Shown: positions 1 through 11,377, counted from the first letter of the stretch. The stretch: DNA of 64,000 nt from a virus (IMGVR_UViG_3300025659_000002:64001-128000); one strand, 5' to 3'. Notes: generated from the sequence alone by a model not told the origin. Program-made: numbers and translations.

Positions 1-2
1 AA

Positions 3-1052
3 GCAGCAGCGCTTCACTACAAACGAAACCCACATCATGCCCACAAACTTGGTTTGGTCTCTGAAAGAAAAAATAAATTAGAAGCAGTAACTGATTGGTA
101 TGCGACCTCAAAAGCTAACCAAGCTAATACAAAGGATTTTCCTAGTTTCGGCACCTGGGTGAGAACTCAAAGCCCAGCAGCTAGAAAGAACTTAATAGAT
201 TTAGGAATAAACACGGAGAAATTAGCAATGCAAGATAAAGTAACATTAATATTTAAGAAATATGCAGAAGTTCAGGATTTAAAAGCTAAAATCAGGAGCG
301 GAGTAACAAATATAAAAAATAATGAAGGAGTGGCAAAAGCTACCGCTACCGTAAAAGCTATAGATAAGAAAATTAATTGAAGTAAAGTAGATAACGTGGC
401 TACAGGGTTAGCCGTAGGAGCGAAAGGTTACCATCTTAAAACCGTACATTCACAGGTGAAGGCGGGTAAGGCCGCTCAAAAGGAAATGGCAAAACAACCA
501 TTTATGAAGGACGTTCCCGGGTATGTAAACTCTAAAATGGGAGACAGTGTAAGCGTTATTCACGATAAAGCCAGTTCTAAAAAATGAGTTAAGAAAAATG
601 TAGGTAGAGGACCAGGAGGTTTTATATCTCATCAAATGAATAAAATTATATTAAAGCAACCTAACGCGGCAGCTACTATGGGTAAACACGGCCCCGCAGT
701 TATAATTGGATCAAAAGGGTCTTCTCAAAAAATTATAGATCACGAACTAGGACATATCGCGGATTTTAAGAATAAGGGTCTTACTTCTCCAAAAAAATTA
801 GGAAAACATTCAAGAGGAAAAGCAACAGATGTTTTTCATAATCTTGTGGGCAAGCCTGAAAAAACAAATAGATTTAAAATGGAAATCGATGCTTGGGATA
901 ACGCTGGAGTACCTGCAGACGACGCTCTTAGAGTTAAGGCGTTAAAAACTTATAGGCAACAAGCAGTAGGGGGAACTAGATCTGGGATAGCTAATTTAGC
1001 TACAACTGCTTTTAAAGCGTTCACCACTGCAAAAAAGAATAAGATAATATAA
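3..1052 (+). CDS. Lys-rich protein, 5' end outside window, with zincin-like HExxH motif (HELGH...E); putative virion internal protein
   Basis: Track ORFs 54-380, 396-587 and 636-1052 share one frame, separated only by TGA (378, 585). The frame is open from base 3 and ends at TAA 1050-1052, overlapping the next ATG. Confidence 0.6.
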
Positions 1053-1786
1053 TGGATAAAGCACAGTATATATTTGAAAAATTAGGAAAAGACTCTTCAG
1101 CTACCAGAGATTTTTTCGCAGGAGTAGAGCCTACCGGACGTTGGACATTTGAAAGCGCTATTAATAATAAAGAAAATCATAAAAGGCATATGGGTACAGC
1201 GGTTGCAGGAGGTTTTATAGGGAGCTCTGTAATTACTCCAGCAGTGTTGTCTACTATGGTAAAAGGGCCAAGCGCCTCTAGACAGGCCGGACCCGGCATA
1301 AAGGCTAAAGCCCATGCAGTAGCTTCTGAAGCTTTTAAACCATATAAAGTATTAGGGCAGTCTCTTCATGCGCGTAGTAAAATTAATAAAGCATTAAAAA
1401 CTAAATCTAAAGTATCTAAAAAAGATTTTTCTGTTATTCTGGATACATTAAAAAACCTGTCTATAAAGGATTTAGAGAAAACAAAAGGTCCTTCAGAAAA
1501 AGGCAAGGTATTATGAAAAAATAAACGAGGGGATACTATAAAATCAAAAACTAACTTTAAGGATGTAATTAAGGAAACATTTACTAGCGCAAGAGCTAAT
1601 CCAAAGATACTGAAATCAGTAAGACACGGGTTAAACCGAGGTATAACTTTAATATCTTCTGGAATATTAGCGGCAGGAGCTATAGGAGGGGTAGCAGCAG
1701 GAGCTCAATATAATTCTGGATTAAGAGCGCGCAAGATGCTTGTTCCAGGGACTACAAAAAAATCTAAAATTTTGGAGACAAATTAA
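1052..1786 (+). CDS. Basic protein (244 aa) with MDKAQYIFEKLG leader and two Gly/Ala-rich hydrophobic segments; putative head/ejection protein
   Basis: Reads through TGA 1514 to TAA 1784-1786; TAATG coupling at both ends; leader shared with the next three genes. Confidence 0.65.
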
Positions 1787-2514
1787 TGAAAGATAAAGCA
1801 ACTTACATATTTGAAAAAATAGCTAAAACAGCGTTAGTAAGGGCCTTTAATCGTGGAACATTGTCGCTTAACAACGTAAAACGTATTTCACAGAGCTTAC
1901 AGTTGAAACCAAGAACTTTAAGAAAGGCTGGTCGAGGCAATGAGGCGCTCGTACAACTAAGAACCTCTCCGAAACATGGAGTAGAAGTGGCCAAAATTCA
2001 TGACACGACTAGTCCAATGTTTAGCCGTAAAGCCTTTAATACTAAAATACAAGTTTCAAAAAAACTGAATAAATCACCACATTTTGCTAAGTTTCACAGA
2101 GCCGATAAAAAAAAGAAAATAACATACCAACAATATAGTGTTCCGAGTGAAAAAACATTTGACGAGCACGTAAAACTTATAAGAAGTGCACGTAAAGATT
2201 CTAGAAAAATAATTGGTAAAACCGTGCAAGATCTTCACTCTTCAAATGTTGCTGGAAATAAAGTAATTGATTTTTTATCTCCAGATATAGCAAAAAACAG
2301 ATCCACTGAACTTGGCAAGATATTTAGTAAGGGAAGTAAAAAAAAGTATAGAGCTAGAAAGCATATGAAAACCTTATCAGGACAGGCTAAACATGATTTT
2401 TTTAATAGACCCTCTTCAGAAAAGTCTACATATGATAAATGAACAGTTCGCATGTCTAAGTACAAAAAAAATAAAATAACAGATAGTAACTTACTTAAAA
2501 AGGTATATGGATAA
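1786..2514 (+). CDS. Basic protein (242 aa) with MKDKATYIFEKIA leader and protein-kinase/APH-like motifs
   Basis: Motifs GRGNEALV, VAK, DLHSSNV and IDF occur in kinase order; reads through TGA 2440 to TAA 2512-2514. Confidence 0.55.
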
Positions 2515-2518
2515 AAAT

Positions 2519-3127
2519 ATGAAAGATAAAGCAACAATAGTATTTGAAAAATTAGCGGGTAGATCCGTAGAAAGTTTAGGACTGATTCCTGAAGGTATGA
2601 CTGTTAAACAATGGAACGACGACTATAATGCTGGCTATGAAAAATACAAAAAAATTCATGGTAAAAAGCTACACGCATATGATAAGCAATATAGATCGAC
2701 CCATACATATCCTAAAGTTAGTAAGCAGCAGTTCAAAAAGAATAGGCGAAGAGCAGTATTAAACGCTGTTGGAGTGGTGGTGGCGGGGGCTCTTACAGGC
2801 GCAGCAATACTTCGTAAGTATGCAGGATCAAGAGGGTTAAAACGCCTTAATAGAGTATATAAGAGTGTTGACAATTCTCGTAGCTTAGCATTTAGACAAT
2901 CAGAAAAAAATTGAAGAAACTACGATAACCATACTACTAAGAATACTGAAAAAATTCTAAGACTTGGTAGAGTATGAGACCGTTCTGCTACAAAAACAAA
3001 CATACTTGATAAGAAGACAGAGCTTGCAGGAAATAAATTATATAGAAAAAAACAAGAAGGGAAACTTAGACATGTAAAAGGCATGATGAAAACTATTAAG
3101 AATGGTGATGAAGTGGGATTAGCCTAA
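2519..3127 (+). CDS. Basic protein (202 aa) with MKDKATIVFEKLA leader and one hydrophobic segment
   Basis: ATG 2519 begins the shared leader; two in-frame TGA; TAA 3125-3127 overlaps the next ATG. Confidence 0.65.
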
Positions 3128-3729
3128 TGGATAAAGCAACAATAGTATTTGAGAAACTAGCAATCTCTACAAGACATATAAACAAGGCTCTAACAAAGTC
3201 CAAATTACAAAATACTAAAAATTTGTGAAACGTACTTGATCCTAAAAGGCAGAAATACAGAAACCCAACACGACTAGAATTAAAGGCTGACTCTCTAATT
3301 CACAAAAATAATACTAATCTACGAAAAAGAAAAGCTGGAAGATTTGACCGAACACAAGATCTTGAACTTATGAATAGTATAAAAACTGCTGAAGGCCTAA
3401 CTAAATCTCAATTACAATTTTCAGGGGTAACTGCGGCTACTCAAAATAAAAGACTTCTTCCAGGAAATATAGCTACAAAGGCACAAAAGGCAGATATTAC
3501 CACTATTAAATTACAGAATAAGGCAGCAGTTAAAGCGTCACAACCTTTTTTACTTAAGAAAACAGCAAAGTTTATACCAAAAAATCTTAAGGCTTATAAA
3601 CTGAAGAATAGTATAAGTAAAGCTAAAATTTCAGATAAGAAAAATACTATACTCCTACAGAAAGAAAAAAATAGTGCAGCAGCAAATCGCATAGAGATGG
3701 CGAAGAATTGAGCTAAACGATACAAGTAG
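3127..3729 (+). CDS. Very Lys-rich protein (200 aa) with MDKATIVFEKLA leader
   Basis: ATG 3127 is in frame with track ORF 3370-3711; two TGA; ends TAG 3727-3729. Confidence 0.65.
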
Positions 3730-3736
3730 TAAAAAC

Positions 3737-3765
3737 TTGACTAATTTAAATAAATAACTTATAAT
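3737..3765 (+). promoter_or_regulatory. Sigma-70-type promoter TTGACT-N17-TATAAT, 5 nt before ATG 3771
   Basis: Near-consensus hexamers with 17-nt spacer, in a short intergenic gap. Confidence 0.75.
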
Positions 3766-3770
3766 AAAGT

Positions 3771-4022
3771 ATGTACATATTAATAGAACACTCTGGAAGT
3801 GACAAACATATTGAAATGGCAGAGTTTATTAAACAAGCTGCGGAAGACTTAGGATTTACCTACGAAGAAGCTGCAACTTTAGCGGATGAACCTTTGACTA
3901 TATACGACGAAGATTTAACTAAGATAGCGGAACTAAAATCAATTCCAGATAGTTTTACGTTACATTACTATTTATCCACCATGGAGGAAAAAGATAATGA
4001 CCCAAATAATTCTATATGATAG
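3771..4022 (+). CDS. Small acidic hypothetical protein
   Basis: Track ORF 3771-4019; its TGA is followed immediately by TAG 4020-4022. Confidence 0.6.
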
Positions 4023-4290
4023 AAACCCAGAAAAAGATGCATTAGCTGCAGAGTTTTTTGATAAAATAGAAAAAATGGACCTTTTTGAAAAGAAAGCAGA
4101 TATACCTATGGACACAGATAGCGATTTTGAAAAAATATTTATTAAGTGTGCAGAGGAATGGAAACCAGAAACATTTGCAGAATTTAAAGAAAAAGTTGCA
4201 GAAGTATTTGATAATAAATTAGATGCGCGCCTGGAAAGATGGGAAGCAAAGCTTGCTATAGATAGACATCTTTTATCAAAATTGTTTTAA
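3997..4290 (+). CDS. Small acidic hypothetical protein (97 aa)
   Basis: Track ORF with GGAGG upstream; TAA stop; EKKA/EKVA motifs. Confidence 0.65.
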   Translation: MTQIILYDRNPEKDALAAEFFDKIEKMDLFEKKADIPMDTDSDFEKIFIKCAEEWKPETFAEFKEKVAEVFDNKLDARLERWEAKLAIDRHLLSKLF

Positions 4291-4356
4291 CCATAGGATG
4301 ACATTAAACAGAAAATAAAGTACTATGAAAAAGGGTACTCTCATATTTTGAAGAGT

Positions 4357-4713
4357 ATGGACTATAAAGACTGGGACTATTCCTATTCTGTTCATAAAAA
4401 TAAAAAAGGTACTCATTTCGATATGAGATTGTTTTGTCCCTCCGGAGCCGAGCTAGTGTATTCGTGAAGTTCTAAACATAACTTTTGAAAAGAGCGATAT
4501 CCAGTACCAATTATTCGCACTAAAGATCACGCTCTTTCAAGTATAAATTACGAGGAAGATAGTGAAGAAAACATAGTTAAAATAGTCTCTAAAGGAACCG
4601 CCCTTTTGCTTGATGCTGAAAAGGGATTTTTGTTATTTAAAACAGAATTAGGCGATATTTTTAGTTTAAAGAATTTAAGAGGCAAACGCTATATCTTCAC
4701 GTCAATAAAATAA
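4357..4713 (+). CDS. Stand-alone LigD 3'-phosphoesterase-like domain protein (start uncertain, may extend to about 4300)
   Basis: Absent from track because of two TGA. Reads ...VHKNKKGTHFDMRL...VYSW...RTKDH..., resembling the LigD PE H..H-x-D-x-R / SW / DH pattern; TAA 4711-4713. Confidence 0.5.
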
Positions 4714-4714
4714 T

Positions 4715-5545
4715 ATGAAATACCCATTTATAAAATATGTAGAAACGCTAGTTATGCGTAAATTACCCCCAGAGGATGTAAAGGCGGGCTTAGATATCTA
4801 TAATCTTGAAATGCCTTTGTCAGATATCATGGTTATTAGAGAAGGACTAGAGAAGGCTTTTCCTGAATATTTTAAATCTCCTGAGATTGTGCCTCCTTCT
4901 GAAGTATTAGAACAAATAAACATAGAAACAATGTTTGCATATTTATATAAAGTATATACTCCTAAAAGCGTTAAGGGAGTTAAAGGTTCTTTTGAAGTAG
5001 TAAATGATATGCTTATGTATAGATTAATTACATCACTAGCGCTTGCGAAGATAACAGAAGAAGATATTGAGCTTATAGTTAATGGGAAATTTAATATCGA
5101 CTATGAGCATGAAGATATAGAATCTTTCTTACACTACTTCTTTGATGTACAAGGTTGAACAATTGCTGATAAAAAAGCATTAGTGCGAAAAACCAAAGAA
5201 CATTTTTTACAACACGCATATAGAACTGCTCTAGAACATGATAAAAATTACTTAATTTGAAAACTTGGAGCATCTCCTGATAAATCTTTTGACTCCATGT
5301 TAAAGGATATGATGAATGATGCGTATTATAATTTTACCGAGAGATCAACAATTGACCCAGAACTTGCACAAAAATGAGGAGCGTTAGCTGTTAAGCTGGC
5401 AGACAAATTAGAAAAATTAGATAAAGATAAAAAGAAAAAAGAAGACTTCTTTGCCGAAGTAACGTTTGAAGTAAAACAGCACAGAGCTGGACATGTAAAA
5501 GATTCTGACGAACCCAAACATATCCTGGATTTGATGAATGAGTAA
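4715..5545 (+). CDS. Hypothetical protein (276 aa)
   Basis: Track ORF 4715-5158 continues through three TGA to TAA 5543-5545. Confidence 0.6.
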
Positions 5546-6329
5546 TCAATACATTAAAAAACAAGCAGGCATCTTAGATGTGCCACAAGATACTTTAGCT
5601 AGCGATATATGGACTACTGAGGGAAAACTATATCCCCACATTAGGGATCAAATTTTAAATAGGTTATATGCTTTTGTGCCTAAGAAAGTGGTACGAAGTG
5701 TGGTTATTTTAGGATCCATTACAGGATACAAATATACTGAAACGTCGGACATAGATATAAACGTTACGATTGAGCCTTATGGTGACTATTTTCATCAAGC
5801 TAAGAAAGAAGTTAATGGCTATCTTGCACAGGGTACCCGACATCCTGTAAATTATTTTGTTATGCCCCATACTTCAAAATTATCTAATTGAGAAAATTCT
5901 ACGTTTGGAGTATTTGATGTAATTTCAAATGTTTGAGCAAACAACCCACCCGCTAGAGCTACAGTTAGAGACCCGCATAAGCAATTTAATCAAGAATTTA
6001 TTATAGCAAAAATGGTTGCTGGACATTATAAAAGACTTGTTTTAGCTTTCCATAAAGACAAAAAAGATTTAGAGACTCTTATAGCATTACCAGATTCTTG
6101 ACATAAGTGATGGTGGATTAGAAATAAAAAAAAGGAAATAAATGAAGATAGACAAGATCTCATTAATTTTTCTCAAAATCTAGATAAATCTAGAAAATTA
6201 GAGTATTCTTTAGGGTGAGGAACCCCGAGGAATAATTATAGAAACGTAGTATATAAATTTATCGAACACGGACCTCATGGCGAGTTATTCGAAAAATTTA
6301 AAGAAATCAAGCTAAACAATGGCAAATAA
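5538..6329 (+). CDS. Pol-beta-superfamily nucleotidyltransferase (263 aa)
   Basis: GSITGYKYTETSDIDINV is the GS...DxD signature; five TGA read through to TAA 6327-6329. Confidence 0.65.
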
Positions 6330-6546
6330 GATACAGAAGAAAAGTGGACCTAAAGATTTTGGGTTAAAGGTATACGTACACAACCAAGATCAAAGAGGAA
6401 TTAGTGATGCACTAAGACGCTTAAGAAGCAGATTAGATACAGAAAATATCATGGAAGAAGTGAGATGAAGACAGCATTATGTTAAGCCTAGCCAAAGAAC
6501 CAAACATAAAAAGAAAAAATCTAATCCAAGATGTCTCAAAAGATAG
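6319..6546 (+). CDS. rpsU: Ribosomal protein bS21 homologue (75 aa)
   Basis: VYVHNQDQRGISDALRRLRSRLDTENIMEEVR[TGA]RQHYVKPSQRTKHKK matches the bS21 pattern (ALRR...E.R.R.HY.KPS); missing from track because of TGA 6466; TAG 6544-6546. Confidence 0.75.
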
Positions 6547-8069
6547 CAATATCACGTAGCGAATTTGCAGAATCATTTTTCTGGCTAAATGGCGCCCCCT
6601 TCTCTTTAGATGATTACCCCCATATGCGACGTGTGTGGGATACTTCGCCTAAAAAGAAAGTTATGCAATTTAGCAGACAGACGGCTAAATCCACTACAAT
6701 GGCGGGAATGGTAACAGCTAATTCTGGTATGATTCCTTTCTTTAAAACTTTATACGTAGCTCCTACGATTACTCAAGCTAAGATATTCAGTCATGATAGG
6801 GTGAAACCTTTTTTAGAAGGTAGCCCTTTTATGAAAGATCACTATATGAATACTTCTCTAGTAGATAATGTTCACCATAAAGAATTAGCTAATGGATCTT
6901 TAATGCATATAAGATATGCGCTGCTTTCTGCTGATAAATTACGTGGATTTTCTGCGGATATGAATATTTTCGATGAGTGTCAGGACATGCTTAGTGAAAT
7001 TATTCCTGTGGTACAGGAAACTATGACACACTCTGATTATAAATGGATAGTATATTCTGGTACCCCAAAACGTTCTAGAGGAACTTTAGCTGATTTATGG
7101 CATAAATCTACTATGTGCGAATATATAGTTAAGTGCCAAAGTTGTAATCATTGAAATATTTTAGATGAAGAAAACATTGGGGATTTCGGAGTTATATGTA
7201 AGAAGTGTGGTAGACCTTTAGATATTAGTGTAGGAGGAGAATGAGTTTCTACATATTCTTTAAAAAATCCTACAGCTATGGAAGGGTATAGAGTTTGCGC
7301 TTTACACTTTGCAAAAGCACCCTGGGTTAATTGGCAGGAAGATATATTAGATAAACAAAGGCATTGGTCTAAAGCTTTTTTTCACAATGAAGTATTAGCG
7401 TTAGAATATGATGCTGGAGTATCACCTGTTACAGAATTTGAAATAGATAGAGCCAGTACCGGCCCGTTAATGGAAGAGGATCCTAACGAGGAACAGCGTA
7501 ATTATCCTAGTGTATTAGCTATCGATTATGGCCCAGTTAATTCAGAAAAATCTTATACCGTAGCAGTAGTAATGCAACTTCGCTCTAATAAATTACGAGT
7601 AGTTTATGCTAAAAAGTTTATTGGAAAAGAAGCCGATTATAGTTTTATCGTTCCAGAAATTCCTAAAATAATGGCTAAGTGAAATTGCGTTAGTGTAGCT
7701 TCAGATTATGGAATGGGCGAAGCGCCAAATTCAGAACTCAGAGCTAGAATAGGTTATGAAAAAGTAGTAGCATTTCAACATTCCGGTACCCAGAAAAATA
7801 AAATTCAATGGAATGACAAGATGCCCGCCTACACTTTAAATAGAACTAAAGTAATGACTGAATTCTTTGAAAACATTAAAAATTTACGAATAGAATTTCC
7901 ACATACAGTATCAATGGATTCTTTTAAAGAAGACATTATGAATATACAAATTGACTATGACGAAGAGCGAGGATTTATGAAATATATTAATATAGGTCCA
8001 GATGATTTTGCCCATGCTTGTATTTTTGGAACTATAGCTTGCGAACTAATGTTTGGGGCAGTAAAATAA
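6531..8069 (+). CDS. terL: Terminase large subunit, GpA-like (512 aa)
   Basis: Walker A-like FSRQTAKST, Walker B IFDECQD, coupling motif YSGTP, CxxC...CxxC ribbon, nuclease IDYG and C-terminal PDDFAHA. Track ORFs 6531, 7278 and 7713 are one frame joined by three TGA. Confidence 0.9.
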
Positions 8070-8087
8070 AAAAAAATAAAAAATTAC

Positions 8088-8116
8088 TTGACAATTAAAG
8101 GATAAGGAGCCATATT
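8088..8116 (+). promoter_or_regulatory. Sigma-70-type promoter TTGACA-N17-CATATT, 5 nt before ATG 8122
   Basis: Consensus -35, 17-nt spacer, A-rich upstream tract; same geometry as four other sites. Confidence 0.65.
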
Positions 8117-8121
8117 TAGTT

Positions 8122-9084
8122 ATGTTCACAGCATCCGACTTAGAAATTTTCGGTAAGTCTATTTCCGAAAAGTATATCAAAAACTCTATCCCTCTTACAG
8201 AAGGTTTAGCTAAAACAGCTGAAGCCCAGGGATTTACTACATACCAAATTGACCGAGTTGCAGAATTTGCTAATACGGCCACGTATCTTAACATGATGAA
8301 AACAGCTTCGGATAAATATATACGTTTTGAAGTTGCGGATTCAAAGGAAGCTAAAAAGAATATGAAATCTATCAAAGTAGCTGTGGATTTAAGCGATTAT
8401 GACGATGAGCCTTCTATTTTTTCTATGCAAAAAGTAGCAAGCGCTGAGAAACGTGAGGCAACGGAATCAGAATTACGGAAAATGGCCCAACGTCATTTAG
8501 GTAGTATACAAAGAGAAAGTAATATAATTGCAGAGCATGTAACGAGTTGGGATACTACATATGGACAGTTAAAGTCTCTAATAAAACAAGCAGTATTAGG
8601 CGGATGCTCTTATGGAAACGTTTCTGAAATTATAAAAGTCGCTGCACCACAAACCCATGAACATTTTATTTCCTCAATAAGAGAGGAACTACAACCAAAT
8701 ATGCCTTTTGTTAAATTAGATACAGAAGGTGACAATTCCTTAACCCCTAACCCTAACTCAGATATTTATAAAATCGCTGAAAGATTGGAAACATATACTG
8801 ATGAAATCTGCCAAGCAGATAAAAATTTAGAACAGGAAACAGAGGATTATACTAAATTTACTAAAGAAGCCTCTCTTCCTAATATTAGTGGACTATTACA
8901 AGAAAAATCAGCGGCCTTAAAAGTAATTAAAGGTATTGGAAAAACAATTATAAATCATCCCAAAACTACTGCAGCATTAGCTGTGGGGGCAATGGTACAT
9001 AAGTCTGGCAAAAATAAAGGTAAGTTTGAACAAGGTTTGATATTACAAAAGAAATTAGTTCAGCATAAAATGGGGAGAAGATAA
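8122..9084 (+). CDS. Putative head morphogenesis protein (320 aa) with many K-x-A motifs
   Basis: Intact track ORF; first gene of the head operon; function unknown. Confidence 0.6.
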   Translation: MFTASDLEIFGKSISEKYIKNSIPLTEGLAKTAEAQGFTTYQIDRVAEFANTATYLNMMKTASDKYIRFEVADSKEAKKNMKSIKVAVDLSDYDDEPSIFSMQKVASAEKREATESELRKMAQRHLGSIQRESNIIAEHVTSWDTTYGQLKSLIKQAVLGGCSYGNVSEIIKVAAPQTHEHFISSIREELQPNMPFVKLDTEGDNSLTPNPNSDIYKIAERLETYTDEICQADKNLEQETEDYTKFTKEASLPNISGLLQEKSAALKVIKGIGKTIINHPKTTAALAVGAMVHKSGKNKGKFEQGLILQKKLVQHKMGRR

Positions 9085-9647
9085 TGCCTAAGATAAAAGG
9101 TTCACAAGTATTTAGTGGTTTGATAAGAGGCGCAATCGGGGAAAAGGATCCGGCAAAAATAATACAGTATTTTAAAGCTGGTGCTGGAATGATGATTGCT
9201 ACTTTAGCACTTGACGCTGTTGTAGATACAGTTACGGAAGTATTTAAATCTAAAAATAAAAAGTTTGTGGCTAAAAAAGCATTTAAGAAAATGATGGCAG
9301 TGCATCCTAAGTTACATAAGGTAGACCCTAATATACTTTCATTATACTGGGAATCATTATACCATTTTGCACCGCACATGGCTAGAGATCCGTTAGCTTC
9401 TGGAGCCTATATTAGGCAGTCTATTGAAAGGGGTCATTATGATTCCTTTGGAGGACCCCCTCCTGATACGTTTTCTACATTAGTAGGTGTTGGTAGAGCT
9501 CCTATGAAACCCGGAAAGGGTCCTGGATTATCAGATATGGTATCAAAAGAGTTAGTGCAAGGAGCATTTGACGGCTTAGCAGAATTTGGGAAAGCACAAA
9601 CATCTCCTACAAAATATAATTCACCTTTCGATAGCGACATTACATAA
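9084..9647 (+). CDS. Hypothetical head-operon protein (187 aa)
   Basis: Intact ORF, TAATG-coupled to the upstream gene. Confidence 0.65.
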   Translation: MPKIKGSQVFSGLIRGAIGEKDPAKIIQYFKAGAGMMIATLALDAVVDTVTEVFKSKNKKFVAKKAFKKMMAVHPKLHKVDPNILSLYWESLYHFAPHMARDPLASGAYIRQSIERGHYDSFGGPPPDTFSTLVGVGRAPMKPGKGPGLSDMVSKELVQGAFDGLAEFGKAQTSPTKYNSPFDSDIT

Positions 9648-9654
9648 AAATTAA

Positions 9655-11376
9655 ATGATAGAAAAACGCGCAGAATACTTTTACGGAGACAATAACTCTG
9701 AGGTGTTTACCCTTATCGGTAAGGGAACCATGGAGAAAACTGCGTCGTATTCAGAAGAGTTAGTAGATTATATTAATTCTTTAAAAAAGCGTGTTGACAA
9801 AGTATATGCTTTAGTAAATGCTTTATCTGCTGGAGAATTTTATAGCTCTAATAGAAATGGTGATCATTTTCCAGAAAAGGCCTTAAAACAATATCATAAA
9901 ACATTTGAAGCTTTAGGTCATGTGTACAGACACCATGTAAATAAGGATCCAAGAAAATCGTTAGGTAAGGTTTTATTTTCACATTATAATCCTACAATGC
10001 ATCGAGTAGAATTAATATTAGAATTAGATTCTAAAAAAGGTGCAGACGTTATTACAAAAATGCAAAAAGGAGAATTACCATTTTGTTCTATGGGAACTAA
10101 AGTTCCTTTTGACATATGCTCCATTTGCGGAAACAAAGCTCAAACGAGAGCTCAATATTGTGACCACTTAAAGTATCGTATGAATAATATTTTATCCGAC
10201 GGTAGAAAAGTTTACGCAATAAATACAATGCCGAAATTTTTTGATATCAGTGTTGTAACTATCCCTGCCGACAGGACTGCTAGTTTTATTAGGCTTCTTG
10301 AAGCAAAATCATCTAGTAGACCTCGTGTTATAAAAATTGCAGAGGAATTACCAAAAGAAACAAAACAGCTTTTTAAAGCTGCCGGGTTTGAACCAAGAGC
10401 AGAAATTAGAAAAAAAGTAGACGTTAAAATAGAGATTGCGGACCAAGATCCAAAAAATATCCTATTACATACTCAGAAAAGACTTTCAGATGAAACAATC
10501 GAAAAGCTTTCTAAGTATAATATCGACGAGATACTTTCTACAATGATGGCTTTACGAATTGCACCAGTTAGAGAAGATTTTCAAAAATTGGCTGCGTACG
10601 TTTTTGGACAAAAAGAAGCGGCAGATAAATGGGCTGAAAATGGAGTTTGTTTTATTGTAGATAAGGACACAGTCCCTACAGAATTACCCAATGTAACTTT
10701 TGATAATTTTAATAGCAAGATCGCAGGGGTGCTTTTGAAGTCAGTCCCAGATATGTCTCTTACTAAACAATGAGTATTAGCAAGAGGAATACATAAAGTA
10801 GGATATGAGTCTCAAGCAACAACCTATCCAAGTAATGTTTCTAGAGAACGTAGCGGAATAAAACGTTTCTTATTTACGCAGAAAGAGGAACCACCTGTTT
10901 CAGCACATAGAAATCCAGTAGTTCCATTAGGACTTCTAGGAAGCTTATATTACGGGTATGCGAAGGTATTTAATAATCCATCGATTAATAAATTTAGATC
11001 GTTTGTAGTTAAATATCCTTGGTTACTTCCAGTATTAGTGGGAGCGGGAACGGCCGGTTCTTTAGCCAGCCAAAGTGTAGCATTTAATAAAGAAGCCTCT
11101 TTAGGAGCTGTGGACAAATTCCTAATGTCTTCTTTAATAACAGTACCAACCGCCTACTATTACGCAGGTAAACAGGAGAATAAAGCTAGAAAAGGTGTAC
11201 CTTTAAAACCAACAGAGAACTTTGCCAGAAAACATCCATTACTCGCAGGACTAGTGGGGGCCACTGTAGCAACAGCTATTAAGAGACCTAAGTTTTTTAA
11301 AACAGCAGAGTTATTATCAGAAATAAGTCCGGAAGATTTGGATTTATTGTATAAAGATATCATAGGAGGGCAATAA
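9655..11376 (+). CDS. Prohead (capsid maturation) protease with C-terminal extension (573 aa)
   Basis: NRNGDHF, H.NKD, candidate nucleophile SMG, CSICGN...YCDH, FFDISVV.IPAD; lies before scaffold and capsid. Track ORFs 9655 and 11038 are joined through one TGA (10771). Confidence 0.7.
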
Positions 11377-11377
11377 A

